Under the pieces are notes generated by a model, which saw nothing but the letters and a program-made list of their open reading frames with translations, did no database searches and was not told the DNA's origin. A stretch of 64,000 bases of DNA from the human T2T-CHM13v2.0 reference genome, Homo sapiens. Positions 13,001-27,874 of this stretch are shown here, one piece after another; the first letter of the stretch is position 1; every line of letters starts with the position of its first letter. The translations under genes and the position numbers were made by a program. The stretch is from the NCBI RefSeq assembly GCF_009914755.1, contig NC_060943.1. One strand, given 5' to 3'.

Positions 13001-15640
13001 TTTTGTGGAATTTGCAAGTGGAGATTTCAGCCGCTTTGAGGTCAATGGTAGAATAGGAAATATCTTCCTATAGAAACTAGACAGAATGATTCTCAGAAAC
13101 TCCTTTGTGATGTGTGCGTTCAACTCACAGAGTTTACCCTTTCTTTTCATAGAGCAGTTAGGAAACACTCTGTTTGTAAAGTCTGCAAGTGGATATTCAG
13201 ACATCCTTGAGGCTTTCGTTGGAAACGGGATTTCTTCATATTCTGCTAGAAAGAAGAATTCTCAGTAACTTCCTTGTGTTGTGTGTATTCAACTCACAGA
13301 GTTGAACGATACTTTACACAGAGCAGACTTGAAACACTCTTTTTGTGGAATTTGCAAGTGGAGATTTCAGCCGCTTTGAGGTCAATGGTAGAATAGGAAA
13401 TATCTTCCTATAGAAACTAGACAGAATGATTCTCAGAAACTCCTTTGTGATGTGTGCGTTCAACTCACAGAGTTTAACCTTTCTTTTCATAGAGCAGTTG
13501 GGAAACACTCTGTTTGTAAAGTCTGCAAGTGGATATTCAGACCTCCTTGAGGCCTTCGTTGGAAACGGGATTTCTTCATATTATGCTAGACAGAAGAATT
13601 CTCAGTAACTTCCTTGTGTTGTGTGTATTCAACTCACAGAGTTGAACGATCCTTTACACAGAGCAGACTTGAAACACTCTTTTTGTGGAATTTGCAAGTG
13701 GAGATTTCAGCCGCTTTGAGTTCAATGGTAGAATAGGAAATATCTTCCTATAGAAACTAGACAGAATGATTCTCAGAAACTCCTTTGTGATGTGTGCGTT
13801 CAACTCACAGAGTTCAACCTTTCTTTTCATAGAGCAGTTGGGAAACACTCTGTTTGTAAAGTCTGCAAGTGGATATTCAGACTTCTTTGAGGCCTTCGTT
13901 GGAAGCGGGATTTCTTCATATTCTGCTAGACAGAAGAATTCTCAGTAACTTCCTTGTGTTGTGTGTATTCAACTCACAGAGTTGAACGATCCTTTACACA
14001 GAGCAGACTTGAAACACTCTTTTTGTGGAATTTGCAAGTGGAGATTTCAGCCGCTTTGAGGTCAATGGTAGAATAGGAAATATCTTCCTATAGAAACTAG
14101 ACAGAATGATTCTCAGAAACTCCTTTGTGATGTGTGCGTTCAACTCACAGAGTTTAACCTTTCTTTTCATAGAGCAGTTAGGAAACACTCTGTTTGTAAA
14201 GTCTGCAAGTGGATATTCAGACATCCTTGAGGCTTTCGTTGGAAATGGGTTTTCTTCATATTCTGCTAGAAAGAAGAATTCTCAGTAACTTCCTTGTGTT
14301 GTGTGTATTCAACTCACAGACTTGAACGATCCTTTACACAGAGCAGACTTGAAACACTCTTTTCGTGGAATTTGCAAGTGGAGATTTCAGCCGCTGTGAG
14401 GTCAATGGTAGAATAGGAAATATCTTCCTATAGAAACTAGACAGAATGATTCTCAGAAACTCCTTTGTGATGTGTGCGTTCAACTCACAGAGTTTAACCT
14501 TTCTTTTCATAGAGCAGTTGGGAAACACTCTGTTTGTAAAGTCTTGAAGTGGATATTCAGACATCCTTGAGGCTTTCGTTGGAAACGGGATTTCTTCATA
14601 TTCTGCTAGAAAGAAGAATTCTCAGTAACTTCCTTGTGTTGTGTGTATTCAACTCACAGAGTTGAACGATCCTTTACACAGAGCAGACTTGAAACACTCT
14701 TTTTGTGGAATTTGCAAGTGGAGATTTCAGCCGCTTTGAGTTCAATGGTAGAATAGGAAATATCTTCCTATAGAAACTAGACAGAATGATTCTCAGAAAC
14801 TCCTTTGTGATGTGTGCGTTCAACTCACAGAGTTCAACCTTTCTTTTCATAGAGCAGTTGGGAAACACTCTGTTTGTAAAGTCTGCAAGTGGATATTCAG
14901 ACCTCTTTGAGGCCTTCGTTGGAAGCGGGATTTCTTCATGTTCTGCTAGACAGAAGAATTCTCAGAAACTTCCTTGTGTTGTGTGTTTTCAACTCACAGA
15001 GTTGAACGATCCTTTACACAGAGCAGACTTGAAACACTCCTTTTGTGGAATTTGCAAGTGGAGATTTCAGCCGCTTTGAGGTCAATGGTAGAATAGGAAA
15101 TATCTTCCTATAGAAAGTAGACAGAATGATTCTCAGAAACTCCTTTGTGATGTGTGCGTTCAACTCACAGAGTTTAACCTTTCTTTTCATAGAGCAGTTA
15201 GGAAACACTCTGATTGTAAAGTCTGCAAGTGGATATTCAGACCTCCTTGAGGCCTTCGTTGGAAACGGGATTTCTTCATATTATGCTAGACAGAAGAATT
15301 CTCAGTAACTTCCTTGTGTTGTGTGTATTCAACTCACAGAGTTGAACGATCCTTTACACAGAGCAGACTTGAAACACTCTTTTTGTGGAATTTGCAAGTG
15401 GAGATTTCAGCCGCTGTGAGTTCAATGGTAGAATAGGAAATATCTTCCTATAGAAACTAGACAGAATGATTCTCAGAAACTCCTTTGTGATGTGTGCGTT
15501 CAACTCACAGAGTTCAACCTTTCTTTTCATAGAGCAGTTGGGAAACACTCTGTTTGTAAATTCTGCAAGTGGATATTCAGACTTCTTTGAGGCCTTCTTT
15601 GGAAGCGGGATTTCTTCATATTCTGCTAGACAGAAGAATT
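4081..15640 (+). repeat. Six-dimer (~2040 bp) haplotype block present three times: 4081-6120, 7141-9180, 13601-15640
   Basis: Same ordered markers: GGAAATGGGT box (4721, 7781, 14241), ACAGACTTGAAC, the GTCTTGAAGT/GTATTGAAGT doublet, ACCTCTTTGA with TTCATG, and GTAAATTCTG. Confidence 0.85.
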
Positions 15641-15980
15641 CTCAGTAACTGCCTTGTGTTGTGTGTATTCAACTCACAGAGTTGAACGATCCTTTACACA
15701 GAGCAGACTTGAAACACTCTTTTTGTGGAATTTGCAAGTGGAGATTTCAGCCGCTTTGAGGTCAATGGTAGAATAGGAAATATCTTCCTATAGAAACTAG
15801 ACAGAATGATTCTCAGAAACTCCTTTGTGATGTGTGCGTTCAACTCACAGAGTTTAACCTTTCTTTTCATAGAGCAGTTAGGAAACACTCTGATTGTAAA
15901 GTCTGCAAGTGGATATTCAGACATCCTTGAGGCCTTCGTTGGAAACGGGATTTCTTCATATTATGCTAGACAGAAGAATT

Positions 15981-18900
15981 CTCAGTAACTTCCTTGTGTT
16001 GTGTGTATTCAACTCACAGAGTTGAACGATCCTTTACACAGAGCAGACTTGAAACACTCTTTTTGTGGAATTTGCAAGTGGAGATTTCAGCCGCTTTGAG
16101 TTCAATGGTAGAATAGGAAATATCTTCCTATAGAAACTAGACAGAATGATTCTCAGAAACTCCTTTGTGATGTGTGCGTTCAACTCACAGAGTTCAACCT
16201 TTCTTTTCATAGAGCAGTTGGGAAACACTCTGTTTGTAAAGTCTGCAAGTGGATATTCAGACTTCTTTGAGGCCTTCGTTGGAAGCGGGATTTCTTCATA
16301 TTCTGCTAGACAGAAGAATTCTCAGTAACTGCCTTGTGTTGTGTGTATTCAACTCACAGAGTTGAACGATCCTTTACACAGAGCAGACTTGAAACACTCT
16401 TTTTGTGGAATTTGCAAGTGGAGATTTCAGCCGCTTTGAGGTCAATGGTAGAATAGGAAATATCTTCCTATAGAAACTAGACAGAATGATTCTCAGAAAC
16501 TCCTTTGTGATGTGTGCGTTCAACTCACAGAGTTTACCCTTTCTTTTCATAGAGCAGTTAGGAAACACTCTGTTTGTAAAGTCTGCAAGTGGATATTCAG
16601 ACATCCTTGAGGCTTTCGTTGGAAACGGGATTTCTTCATATTCTGCTAGAAAGAAGAATTCTCAGTAACTTCCTTGTGTTGTGTGTATTCAACTCACAGA
16701 GTTGAACGATACTTTACACAGAGCAGACTTGAAACACTCTTTTTGTGGAATTTGCAAGTGGAGATTTCAGCCGCTTTGAGGTCAATGGTAGAATAGGAAA
16801 TATCTTCCTATAGAAACTAGACAGAATGATTCTCAGAAACTCCTTTGTGATGTGTGCGTTCAACTCACAGAGTTTAACCTTTCTTTTCATAGAGCAGTTA
16901 GGAAACACTCTGTTTGTACAGTCTGCAAGTGGATATTCAGACATCCTTGAGGCTTTCGTTGGAAACGGGATTTCTTCATATTCTGCTAGAAAGAAGAATT
17001 CTCAGTAACTTCCTTGTGTTGTGTGTATTCAACTCACAGAGTTGAACGATCCTTTACACAGAGCAGACTTGAAACACTCTTTTTGTGGAATTTGCAAGTG
17101 GAGATTTCAGCCGCTGTGAGGTCAATGGTAGAATAGGAAATATCTTCCTATAGAAACTAGACAGAATGATTCTCAGAAACTCCTTTGTGATGTGTGCGTT
17201 CAACTCACAGAGTTTAACCTTTCTTTTCATAGAGCAGTTGGGAAACACTCTGTTTGTAAAGTCTGCAAGTGGATATTCAGACCTCCTTGAGGCCTTCGTT
17301 GGAAATGGGATTTCTTCATATTATGCTAGACAGAAGAATTCTCAGTAACTTCCTTGTGTTGTGTGTATTCAACTCACAGAGTTGAACGATCCTTTACAAA
17401 GAGCAGACTTGAAACACTCTTTTTGTGGAATTTGCAAGTGGAGATTTCAGCCGCTTTGAGTTCAATGGTAGAATAGGAAATATCTTCCTATAGAAACTAG
17501 ACAGAATGATTCTCAGAAACTCCTTTGTGATGTGTGCGTTCAACTCACAGAGTTCAACCTTTCTTTTCATAGAGCAGTTGGGAAACACTCTGTTTGTAAA
17601 GTCTGCAAGTGGATATTCAGAGTTCTTTGAGGCCTTCGTTGGAAGCGGGATTTCTTCATATTCTGCTAGACAGAAGAATTCTCAGAAACTTCCTTGTGTT
17701 GTGTGTTTTCAACTCACAGAGTTGAACGATCCTTTACACAGAGCAGACTTGAAACACTCCTTTTGTGGAATTTGCAAGTGGAGATTTCAGCCGCTTTGAG
17801 GTCAATGGTAGAATAGGAAATATCTTCCTATAGAAAGTAGACAGAATGATTCTCAGAAACTCCTTTGTGATGTGTGCGTTCAACTCACAGAGTTTAACCT
17901 TTCTTTTCATAGAGCAGTTAGGAAACACTCTGTTTGTAAAGTCTGCAAGTGGATATTCAGACCTCCTTGAGGCCTTCGTTGGAAACGGGATTTCTTCATA
18001 TTATGCTAGACAGAAGAATTCTCAGTAACTTCCTTGTGTTGTGTGTATTCAACTCACAGAGTTGAACGATCCTTTACACAGAGCAGACTTGAAACACTCT
18101 TTTTGTGGAATTTGCAAGTGGAGATTTCAGCCGCTTTGAGGTCAATGGTAGAATAGGAAATATCTTCCTATAGAAACTAGACAGAATGATTCTCAGAAAC
18201 TCCTTTGTGATGTGTGCGTTCAACTCACAGAGTTCAACCTTTCTTTTCATAGAGCAGTTGGGAAACACTCTGTTTGTAAAGTCTGCAAGTGGATATTCAG
18301 ACTTCTTTGAGGCCTTCGTTGGAAGCGGGATTTCTTCATATTCTGCTAGACAGAAGAATTCTCAGTAACTGCCTTGTGTTGTGTGTATTCAACTCACAGA
18401 GTTGAACGATCCTTTACACAGAGCAGACTTGAAACACTCTTTTTGTGGAATTTGCAAGTGGAGATTTCAGCCGCTTTGAGGTCAATGGTAGAATAGGAAA
18501 TATCTTCCTATAGAAACTAGACAGAATGATTCTCAGAAACTCCTTTGTGATGTGTGCGTTCAACTCACAGAGTTTAACCTTTCTTTTCATAGAGCAGTTA
18601 GGAAACACTCTGTTTGTAAAGTCTGCAAGTGGATATTCAGACCTCCTTGAGGCCTTCGTTGGAAACGGGATTTCTTCATATTATGCTAGACAGAAGAATT
18701 CTCAGTACCTTCCTTGTGTTGTGTGTATTCAACTCACAGAGTTGAACGATCCTTTACACAGAGCAGACTTGAAACACTCTTTTTGTGGAATTTGCAAGTG
18801 GAGATTTCAGCCGCTTTGAGGTCAATGGTAGAATAGGAAATATCTTCCTATAGAAACTAGACAGAATGATTCTCAGAAACTCCTTTGTGATGTGTGCGTT

Positions 18901-21900
18901 CAATCACAGAGTTCAACCTTTCTTTTCATAGAGCATTTGGGAAACACTCTGTTTGTAAAGTCTGCAAGTGGATATTCAGACTTCTTTGAGGCCTTCGTTG
19001 GAAGCGGGATTTCTTCATATTCTGCTAGACAGAAGAATTCTCAGTAACTGCCTTGTGTTGTGTGTATTCAACTCACAGAGTTGAATGATCCTTTACACAG
19101 AGCAGACTTGAAACACTCTTTTTGTGGAATTTGCAAGTGGAGATTTCAGCCGCTTTGAGGTCAATGGTAGAATAGGAAATATCTTCCTATAGAAACTAGA
19201 CAGAATGATTCTCAGAAACTCCTTTGTGATGTGTGCGTTCAATCACAGAGTTCAACCTTTCTTTTCATAGAGCATTTGGGAAACACTCTGTTTGTAAAGT
19301 CTGCAAGTGGATATTCAGACTTCTTTGAGGCCTTCGTTGGAAGCGGGATTTCTTCATATTCTGCTAGACAGAAGAATTCTCAGTAACTGCCTTGTGTTGT
19401 GTGTATTCAACTCACAGAGTTGAACGATCCTTTACACAGAGCAGACTTGAAACACTCTTTTTGTGGAATTTGCAAGTGGAGATTTCAGCCGCTTTGAGGT
19501 CAATGGTAGAATAGGAAATATTTTCCTATAGAAACTAGACAGAATGATTCTCAGAAACTCCTTTGTGATGTGTGCGTTCAACTCACAGAGTTTAACCTTT
19601 CTTTTCATAGAGCCGTTAGGAAACACTCTGTTTGTAAAGTCTGCAAGTGGATATTCAGACATCCTTGAGGCTTTCGTTGGAAACGGGATTTCTTCATATT
19701 GTGCTAGAAAGAAGAATTCTCAGTAACTTCCTTGTGTTGTGTGTATTCAACTCACAGAGTTGAACGATCCTTTACACAGAGCAGACTTGAAACACTCTTT
19801 TTGTGGAATTTGCAAGTGGAGATTTCAGCCGCTTTGAGTTCAATGGTAGAATAGGAAATATCTTCCTATAGAAACTAGACAGAATGATTCTCAGAAACTC
19901 CTTTGTGATGTGTGCGTTCAACTCACAGAGTTCAACCTTTCTTTTCATAGAGCAGTTGGGAAACACTCTGTTTGTAAAGTCTGCAAGTGGATATTCAGAC
20001 TTCTTTGAGGCCTTCGTTGGAAGCGGGATTTCTTCATATTCTGCTAGACAGAAGAATTCTCAGTAACTGCCTTGTGTTGTGTGTATTCAACTCACAGAGT
20101 TGAACGATCCTTTACACAGAGCAGACTTGAAACACTCTTTTTGTGGAATTTGCAAGTGGAGATTTCAGCCGCTTTGAGGTCAATGGTAGAATAGGAAATA
20201 TCTTCCTATAGAAACTAGACAGAATGATTCTCAGAAACTCCTTTGTGATGTGTGCGTTCAACTCACAGAGTTTACCCTTTCTTTTCATAGAGCAGTTAGG
20301 AAACACTCTGTTTGTAAAGTCTGCAAGTGGATATTCAGACATCCTTGAGGCTTTCGTTGGAAACGGGATTTCTTCATATTCTGCTAGAAAGAAGAATTCT
20401 CAGTAACTTCCTTGTGTTGTGTGTATTCAACTCACAGAGTTGAACGATACTTTACACAGAGCAGACTTGAAACACTCTTTTTGTGGAATTTGCAAGTGGA
20501 GATTTCAGCCGCTTTGAGGTCAATGGTAGAATAGGAAATATCTTCCTATAGAAACTAGACAGAATGATTCTCAGAAACTCCTTTGTGATGTGTGCGTTCA
20601 ACTCACAGAGTTTAACCTTTCTTTTCATAGAGCAGTTAGGAAACACTCTGTTTGTACAGTCTGCAAGTGGATATTCAGACATCCTTGAGGCTTTCGTTGG
20701 AAACGGGATTTCTTCATATTCTGCTAGAAAGAAGAATTCTCAGTAACTTCCTTGTGTTGTGTGTATTCAACTCACAGAGTTGAACGATCCTTTACACAGA
20801 GCAGACTTGAAACACTCTTTTTGTGGAATTTGCAAGTGGAGATTTCAGCCGCTGTGAGGTCAATGGTAGAATAGGAAATATCTTCCTATAGAAACTAGAC
20901 AGAATGATTCTCAGAAACTCCTTTGTGATGTGTGCGTTCAACTCACAGAGTTTAACCTTTCTTTTCATAGAGCAGTTGGGAAACACTCTGTTTGTAAAGT
21001 CTGCAAGTGGATATTCAGACCTCCTTGAGGCCTTCGTTGGAAATGGGATTTCTTCATATTATGCTAGACAGAAGAATTCTCAGTAACTTCCTTGTGTTGT
21101 GTGTATTCAACTCACAGAGTTGAACGATCCTTTACAAAGAGCAGACTTGAAACACTCTTTTTGTGGAATTTGCAAGTGGAGATTTCAGCCGCTTTGAGTT
21201 CAATGGTAGAATAGGAAATATCTTCCTATAGAAACTAGACAGAATGATTCTCAGAAACTCCTTTGTGATGTGTGCGTTCAACTCACAGAGTTCAACCTTT
21301 CTTTTCATAGAGCAGTTGGGAAACACTCTGTTTGTAAAGTCTGCAAGTGGATATTCAGAGTTCTTTGAGGCCTTCGTTGGAAGCGGGATTTCTTCATATT
21401 CTGCTAGACAGAAGAATTCTCAGAAACTTCCTTGTGTTGTGTGTTTTCAACTCACAGAGTTGAACGATCCTTTACACAGAGCAGACTTGAAACACTCCTT
21501 TTGTGGAATTTGCAAGTGGAGATTTCAGCCGCTTTGAGGTCAATGGTAGAATAGGAAATATCTTCCTATAGAAAGTAGACAGAATGATTCTCAGAAACTC
21601 CTTTGTGATGTGTGCGTTCAACTCACAGAGTTTAACCTTTCTTTTCATAGAGCAGTTAGGAAACACTCTGTTTGTAAAGTCTGCAAGTGGATATTCAGAC
21701 CTCCTTGAGGCCTTCGTTGGAAACGGGATTTCTTCATATTATGCTAGACAGAAGAATTCTCAGTAACTTCCTTGTGTTGTGTGTATTCAACTCACAGAGT
21801 TGAACGATCCTTTACACAGAGCAGACTTGAAACACTCTTTTTGTGGAATTTGCAAGTGGAGATTTCAGCCGCTTTGAGGTCAATGGTAGAATAGGAAATA

Positions 21901-24900
21901 TCTTCCTATAGAAACTAGACAGAATGATTCTCAGAAACTCCTTTGTGATGTGTGCGTTCAACTCACAGAGTTCAACCTTTCTTTTCATAGAGCAGTTGGG
22001 AAACACTCTGTTTGTAAAGTCTGCAAGTGGATATTCAGACTTCTTTGAGGCCTTCGTTGGAAGCGGGATTTCTTCATATTCTGCTAGACAGAAGAATTCT
22101 CAGTAACTGCCTTGTGTTGTGTGTATTCAACTCACAGAGTTGAACGATCCTTTACACAGAGCAGACTTGAAACACTCTTTTTGTGGAATTTGCAAGTGGA
22201 GATTTCAGCCGCTTTGAGGTCAATGGTAGAATAGGAAATATCTTCCTATAGAAACTAGACAGAATGATTCTCAGAAACTCCTTTGTGATGTGTGCGTTCA
22301 ACTCACAGAGTTTAACCTTTCTTTTCATAGAGCAGTTAGGAAACACTCTGTTTGTAAAGTCTGCAAGTGGATATTCAGACCTCCTTGAGGCCTTCGTTGG
22401 AAACGGGATTTCTTCATATTATGCTAGACAGAAGAATTCTCAGTACCTTCCTTGTGTTGTGTGTATTCAACTCACAGAGTTGAACGATCCTTTACACAGA
22501 GCAGACTTGAAACACTCTTTTTGTGGAATTTGCAAGTGGAGATTTCAGCCGCTTTGAGGTCAATGGTAGAATAGGAAATATCTTCCTATAGAAACTAGAC
22601 AGAATGATTCTCAGAAACTCCTTTGTGATGTGTGCGTTCAATCACAGAGTTCAACCTTTCTTTTCATAGAGCATTTGGGAAACACTCTGTTTGTAAAGTC
22701 TGCAAGTGGATATTCAGACTTCTTTGAGGCCTTCGTTGGAAGCGGGATTTCTTCATATTCTGCTAGACAGAAGAATTCTCAGTAACTGCCTTGTGTTGTG
22801 TGTATTCAACTCACAGAGTTGAATGATCCTTTACACAGAGCAGACTTGAAACACTCTTTTTGTGGAATTTGCAAGTGGAGATTTCAGCCGCTTTGAGGTC
22901 AATGGTAGAATAGGAAATATCTTCCTATAGAAACTAGACAGAATGATTCTCAGAAACTCCTTTGTGATGTGTGCGTTCAATCACAGAGTTCAACCTTTCT
23001 TTTCATAGAGCATTTGGGAAACACTCTGTTTGTAAAGTCTGCAAGTGGATATTCAGACTTCTTTGAGGCCTTCGTTGGAAGCGGGATTTCTTCATATTCT
23101 GCTAGACAGAAGAATTCTCAGTAACTGCCTTGTGTTGTGTGTATTCAACTCACAGAGTTGAACGATCCTTTACACAGAGCAGACTTGAAACACTCTTTTT
23201 GTGGAATTTGCAAGTGGAGATTTCAGCCGCTTTGAGGTCAATGGTAGAATAGGAAATATTTTCCTATAGAAACTAGACAGAATGATTCTCAGAAACTCCT
23301 TTGTGATGTGTGCGTTCAACTCACAGAGTTTAACCTTTCTTTTCATAGAGCCGTTAGGAAACACTCTGTTTGTAAAGTCTGCAAGTGGATATTCAGACAT
23401 CCTTGAGGCTTTCGTTGGAAACGGGATTTCTTCATATTGTGCTAGAAAGAAGAATTCTCAGTAACTTCCTTGTGTTGTGTGTATTCAACTCACAGAGTTG
23501 AACGATCCTTTACACAGAGCAGACTTGAAACACTCTTTTTGTGGAATTTGCAAGTGGAGATTTCAGCCGCTTTGAGTTCAATGGTAGAATAGGAAATATC
23601 TTCCTATAGAAACTAGACAGAATGATTCTCAGAAACTCCTTTGTGATGTGTGCGTTCAACTCACAGAGTTTAACCTTTCTTTTCATAGAGCAGTTGGGAA
23701 ACACTCTGTTTGTAAAGTCTGCAAGTAGATATTCAGACATCCTTGAGGCTTTCGTTGGAAACGGGATTTCTTCATATTCTGCTAGAAAGAAGAATTCTCA
23801 GTAACTTCCTTGTGTTGTGTGTATTCAACTCACAGAGTTGAACGATCCTTTACACAGAGCAGACTTGAAACACTCTTTTTGTGGAATTTGCAAGTGGAGA
23901 TTTCAGCCGCTTTGAGGTCAATGGTAGAATAGGAAATATCTTCCTATAGAAACTAGACAGAATGATTCTCAGAAACTCCTTTGTGATGTGTGCGTTCAAC
24001 TCACAGAGTTCAACCTTTCTTTTCATAGAGCAGTTGGGAAACACTCTGTTTGTAAAGTCTGCAAGTGGATATTCAGACTTCTTTGAGGCCTTCGTTGGAA
24101 GCGGGATTTCTTCATATTCTGCTAGACAGAAGAATTCTCAGTAACTGCCTTGTGTTGTGTGTATTCAACTCACAGAGTTGAACGATCCTTTACACAGAGC
24201 AGACTTGAAACACTCTTTTTGTGGAATTTGCAAGTGGAGATTTCAGCCGCTTTGAGGTCAATGGTAGAATAGGAAATATCTTCCTATAGAAACTAGACAG
24301 AATGATTCTCAGAAACTCCTTTGTGATGTGTGCGTTCAACTCACAGAGTTTACCCTTTCTTTTCATAGAGCAGTTAGGAAACACTCTGTTTGTAAAGTCT
24401 GCAAGTGGATATTCAGACATCCTTGAGGCTTTCGTTGGAAACGGGATTTCTTCATATTCTGCTAGAAAGAAGAATTCTCAGTAACTTCCTTGTGTTGTGT
24501 GTATTCAACTCACAGAGTTGAACGATACTTTACACAGAGCAGACTTGAAACACTCTTTTTGTGGAATTTGCAAGTGGAGATTTCAGCCGCTTTGAGGTCA
24601 ATGGTAGAATAGGAAATATCTTCCTATAGAAACTAGACAGAATGATTCTCAGAAACTCCTTTGTGATGTGTGCGTTCAACTCACAGAGTTTAACCTTTCT
24701 TTTCATAGAGCAGTTAGGAAACACTCTGTTTGTACAGTCTGCAAGTGGATATTCAGACATCCTTGAGGCTTTCGTTGGAAACGGGATTTCTTCATATTCT
24801 GCTAGAAAGAAGAATTCTCAGTAACTTCCTTGTGTTGTGTGTATTCAACTCACAGAGTTGAACGATCCTTTACACAGAGCAGACTTGAAACACTCTTTTT

Positions 24901-27874
24901 GTGGAATTTGCAAGTGGAGATTTCAGCCGCTGTGAGGTCAATGGTAGAATAGGAAATATCTTCCTATAGAAACTAGACAGAATGATTCTCAGAAACTCCT
25001 TTGTGATGTGTGCGTTCAACTCACAGAGTTTAACCTTTCTTTTCATAGAGCAGTTGGGAAACACTCTGTTTGTAAAGTCTGCAAGTGGATATTCAGACCT
25101 CCTTGAGGCCTTCGTTGGAAATGGGATTTCTTCATATTATGCTAGACAGAAGAATTCTCAGTAACTTCCTTGTGTTGTGTGTATTCAACTCACAGAGTTG
25201 AACGATCCTTTACAAAGAGCAGACTTGAAACACTCTTTTTGTGGAATTTGCAAGTGGAGATTTCAGCCGCTTTGAGTTCAATGGTAGAATAGGAAATATC
25301 TTCCTATAGAAACTAGACAGAATGATTCTCAGAAACTCCTTTGTGATGTGTGCGTTCAACTCACAGAGTTCAACCTTTCTTTTCATAGAGCAGTTGGGAA
25401 ACACTCTGTTTGTAAAGTCTGCAAGTGGATATTCAGAGTTCTTTGAGGCCTTCGTTGGAAGCGGGATTTCTTCATATTCTGCTAGACAGAAGAATTCTCA
25501 GAAACTTCCTTGTGTTGTGTGTTTTCAACTCACAGAGTTGAACGATCCTTTACACAGAGCAGACTTGAAACACTCCTTTTGTGGAATTTGCAAGTGGAGA
25601 TTTCAGCCGCTTTGAGGTCAATGGTAGAATAGGAAATATCTTCCTATAGAAAGTAGACAGAATGATTCTCAGAAACTCCTTTGTGATGTGTGCGTTCAAC
25701 TCACAGAGTTTAACCTTTCTTTTCATAGAGCAGTTAGGAAACACTCTGTTTGTAAAGTCTGCAAGTGGATATTCAGACCTCCTTGAGGCCTTCGTTGGAA
25801 ACGGGATTTCTTCATATTATGCTAGACAGAAGAATTCTCAGTAACTTCCTTGTGTTGTGTGTATTCAACTCACAGAGTTGAACGATCCTTTACACAGAGC
25901 AGACTTGAAACACTCTTTTTGTGGAATTTGCAAGTGGAGATTTCAGCCGCTTTGAGGTCAATGGTAGAATAGGAAATATCTTCCTATAGAAACTAGACAG
26001 AATGATTCTCAGAAACTCCTTTGTGATGTGTGCGTTCAACTCACAGAGTTCAACCTTTCTTTTCATAGAGCAGTTGGGAAACACTCTGTTTGTAAAGTCT
26101 GCAAGTGGATATTCAGACTTCTTTGAGGCCTTCGTTGGAAGCGGGATTTCTTCATATTCTGCTAGACAGAAGAATTCTCAGTAACTGCCTTGTGTTGTGT
26201 GTATTCAACTCACAGAGTTGAACGATCCTTTACACAGAGCAGACTTGAAACACTCTTTTTGTGGAATTTGGAAGTGGAGATTTCAGCCGCTTTGAGGTCA
26301 ATGGTAGAATAGGAAATATCTTCCTATAGAAACTAGACAGAATGATTCTCAGAAACTCCTTTGTGATGTGTGCGTTCAACTCACAGAGTTTAACCTTTCT
26401 TTTCATAGAGCAGTTAGGAAACACTCTGTTTGTAAAGTCTGCAAGTGGATATTCAGACCTCCTTGAGGCCTTCGTTGGAAACGGGATTTCTTCATATTAT
26501 GCTAGACAGAAGAATTCTCAGTACCTTCCTTGTGTTGTGTGTATTCAACTCACAGAGTTGAACGATCCTTTACACAGAGCAGACTTGAAACACTCTTTTT
26601 GTGGAATTTGCAAGTGGAGATTTCAGCCGCTTTGAGGTCAATGGTAGAATAGGAAATATCTTCCTATAGAAACTAGACAGAATGATTCTCAGAAACTCCT
26701 TTGTGATGTGTGCGTTCAATCACAGAGTTCAACCTTTCTTTTCATAGAGCATTTGGGAAACACTCTGTTTGTAAAGTCTGCAAGTGGATATTCAGACTTC
26801 TTTGAGGCCTTCGTTGGAAGCGGGATTTCTTCATATTCTGCTAGACAGAAGAATTCTCAGTAACTGCCTTGTGTTGTGTGTATTCAACTCACAGAGTTGA
26901 ACGATCCTTTACACAGAGCAGACTTGAAACACTCTTTTTGTGGAATTTGCAAGTGGAGATTTCAGCCGCTTTGAGGTCAATGGTAGAATAGGAAATATCT
27001 TCCTATAGAAACTAGACAGAATGATTCTCAGAAACTCCTTTGTGATGTGTGCGTTCAATCACAGAGTTCAACCTTTCTTTTCATAGAGCATTTGGGAAAC
27101 ACTCTGTTTGTAAAGTCTGCAAGTGGATATTCAGACTTCTTTGAGGCCTTCGTTGGAAGCGGGATTTCTTCATATTCTGCTAGACAGAAGAATTCTCAGT
27201 AACTGCCTTGTGTTGTGTGTATTCAACTCACAGAGTTGAACGATCCTTTACACAGAGCAGACTTGAAACACTCTTTTTGTGGAATTTGCAAGTGGAGATT
27301 TCAGCCGCTTTGAGGTCAATGGTAGAATAGGAAATATTTTCCTATAGAAACTAGACAGAATGATTCTCAGAAACTCCTTTGTGATGTGTGCGTTCAACTC
27401 ACAGAGTTTAACCTTTCTTTTCATAGAGCCGTTAGGAAACACTCTGTTTGTAAAGTCTGCAAGTGGATATTCAGACATCCTTGAGGCTTTCGTTGGAAAC
27501 GGGATTTCTTCATATTGTGCTAGAAAGAAGAATTCTCAGTAACTTCCTTGTGTTGTGTGTATTCAACTCACAGAGTTGAACGATCCTTTACACAGAGCAG
27601 ACTTGAAACACTCTTTTTGTGGAATTTGCAAGTGGAGATTTCAGCCGCTTTGAGTTCAATGGTAGAATAGGAAATATCTTCCTATAGAAACTAGACAGAA
27701 TGATTCTCAGAAACTCCTTTGTGATGTGTGCGTTCAACTCACAGAGTTTAACCTTTCTTTTCATAGAGCAGTTGGGAAACACTCTGTTTGTAAAGTCTGC
27801 AAGTAGATATTCAGACATCCTTGAGGCTTTCGTTGGAAACGGGATTTCTTCATATTCTGCTAGAAAGAAGAATT
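15981..27874 (+). repeat. Tandem triplication of an 11-12 dimer block (periods 3738 and 4078 bp), each copy carrying two 339-bp deletion dimers
   Basis: Markers GATACT, TGTACA, AAATGGGA, TACAAA, CAGAGTTCTT, GTACCT, CAATCAC deletions, GAGCATTT and GAGCCGTT recur at +3738 and then +4078. The ORF track shows the same gaps and phase shifts (19432, 23170, 27248). Confidence 0.93.
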
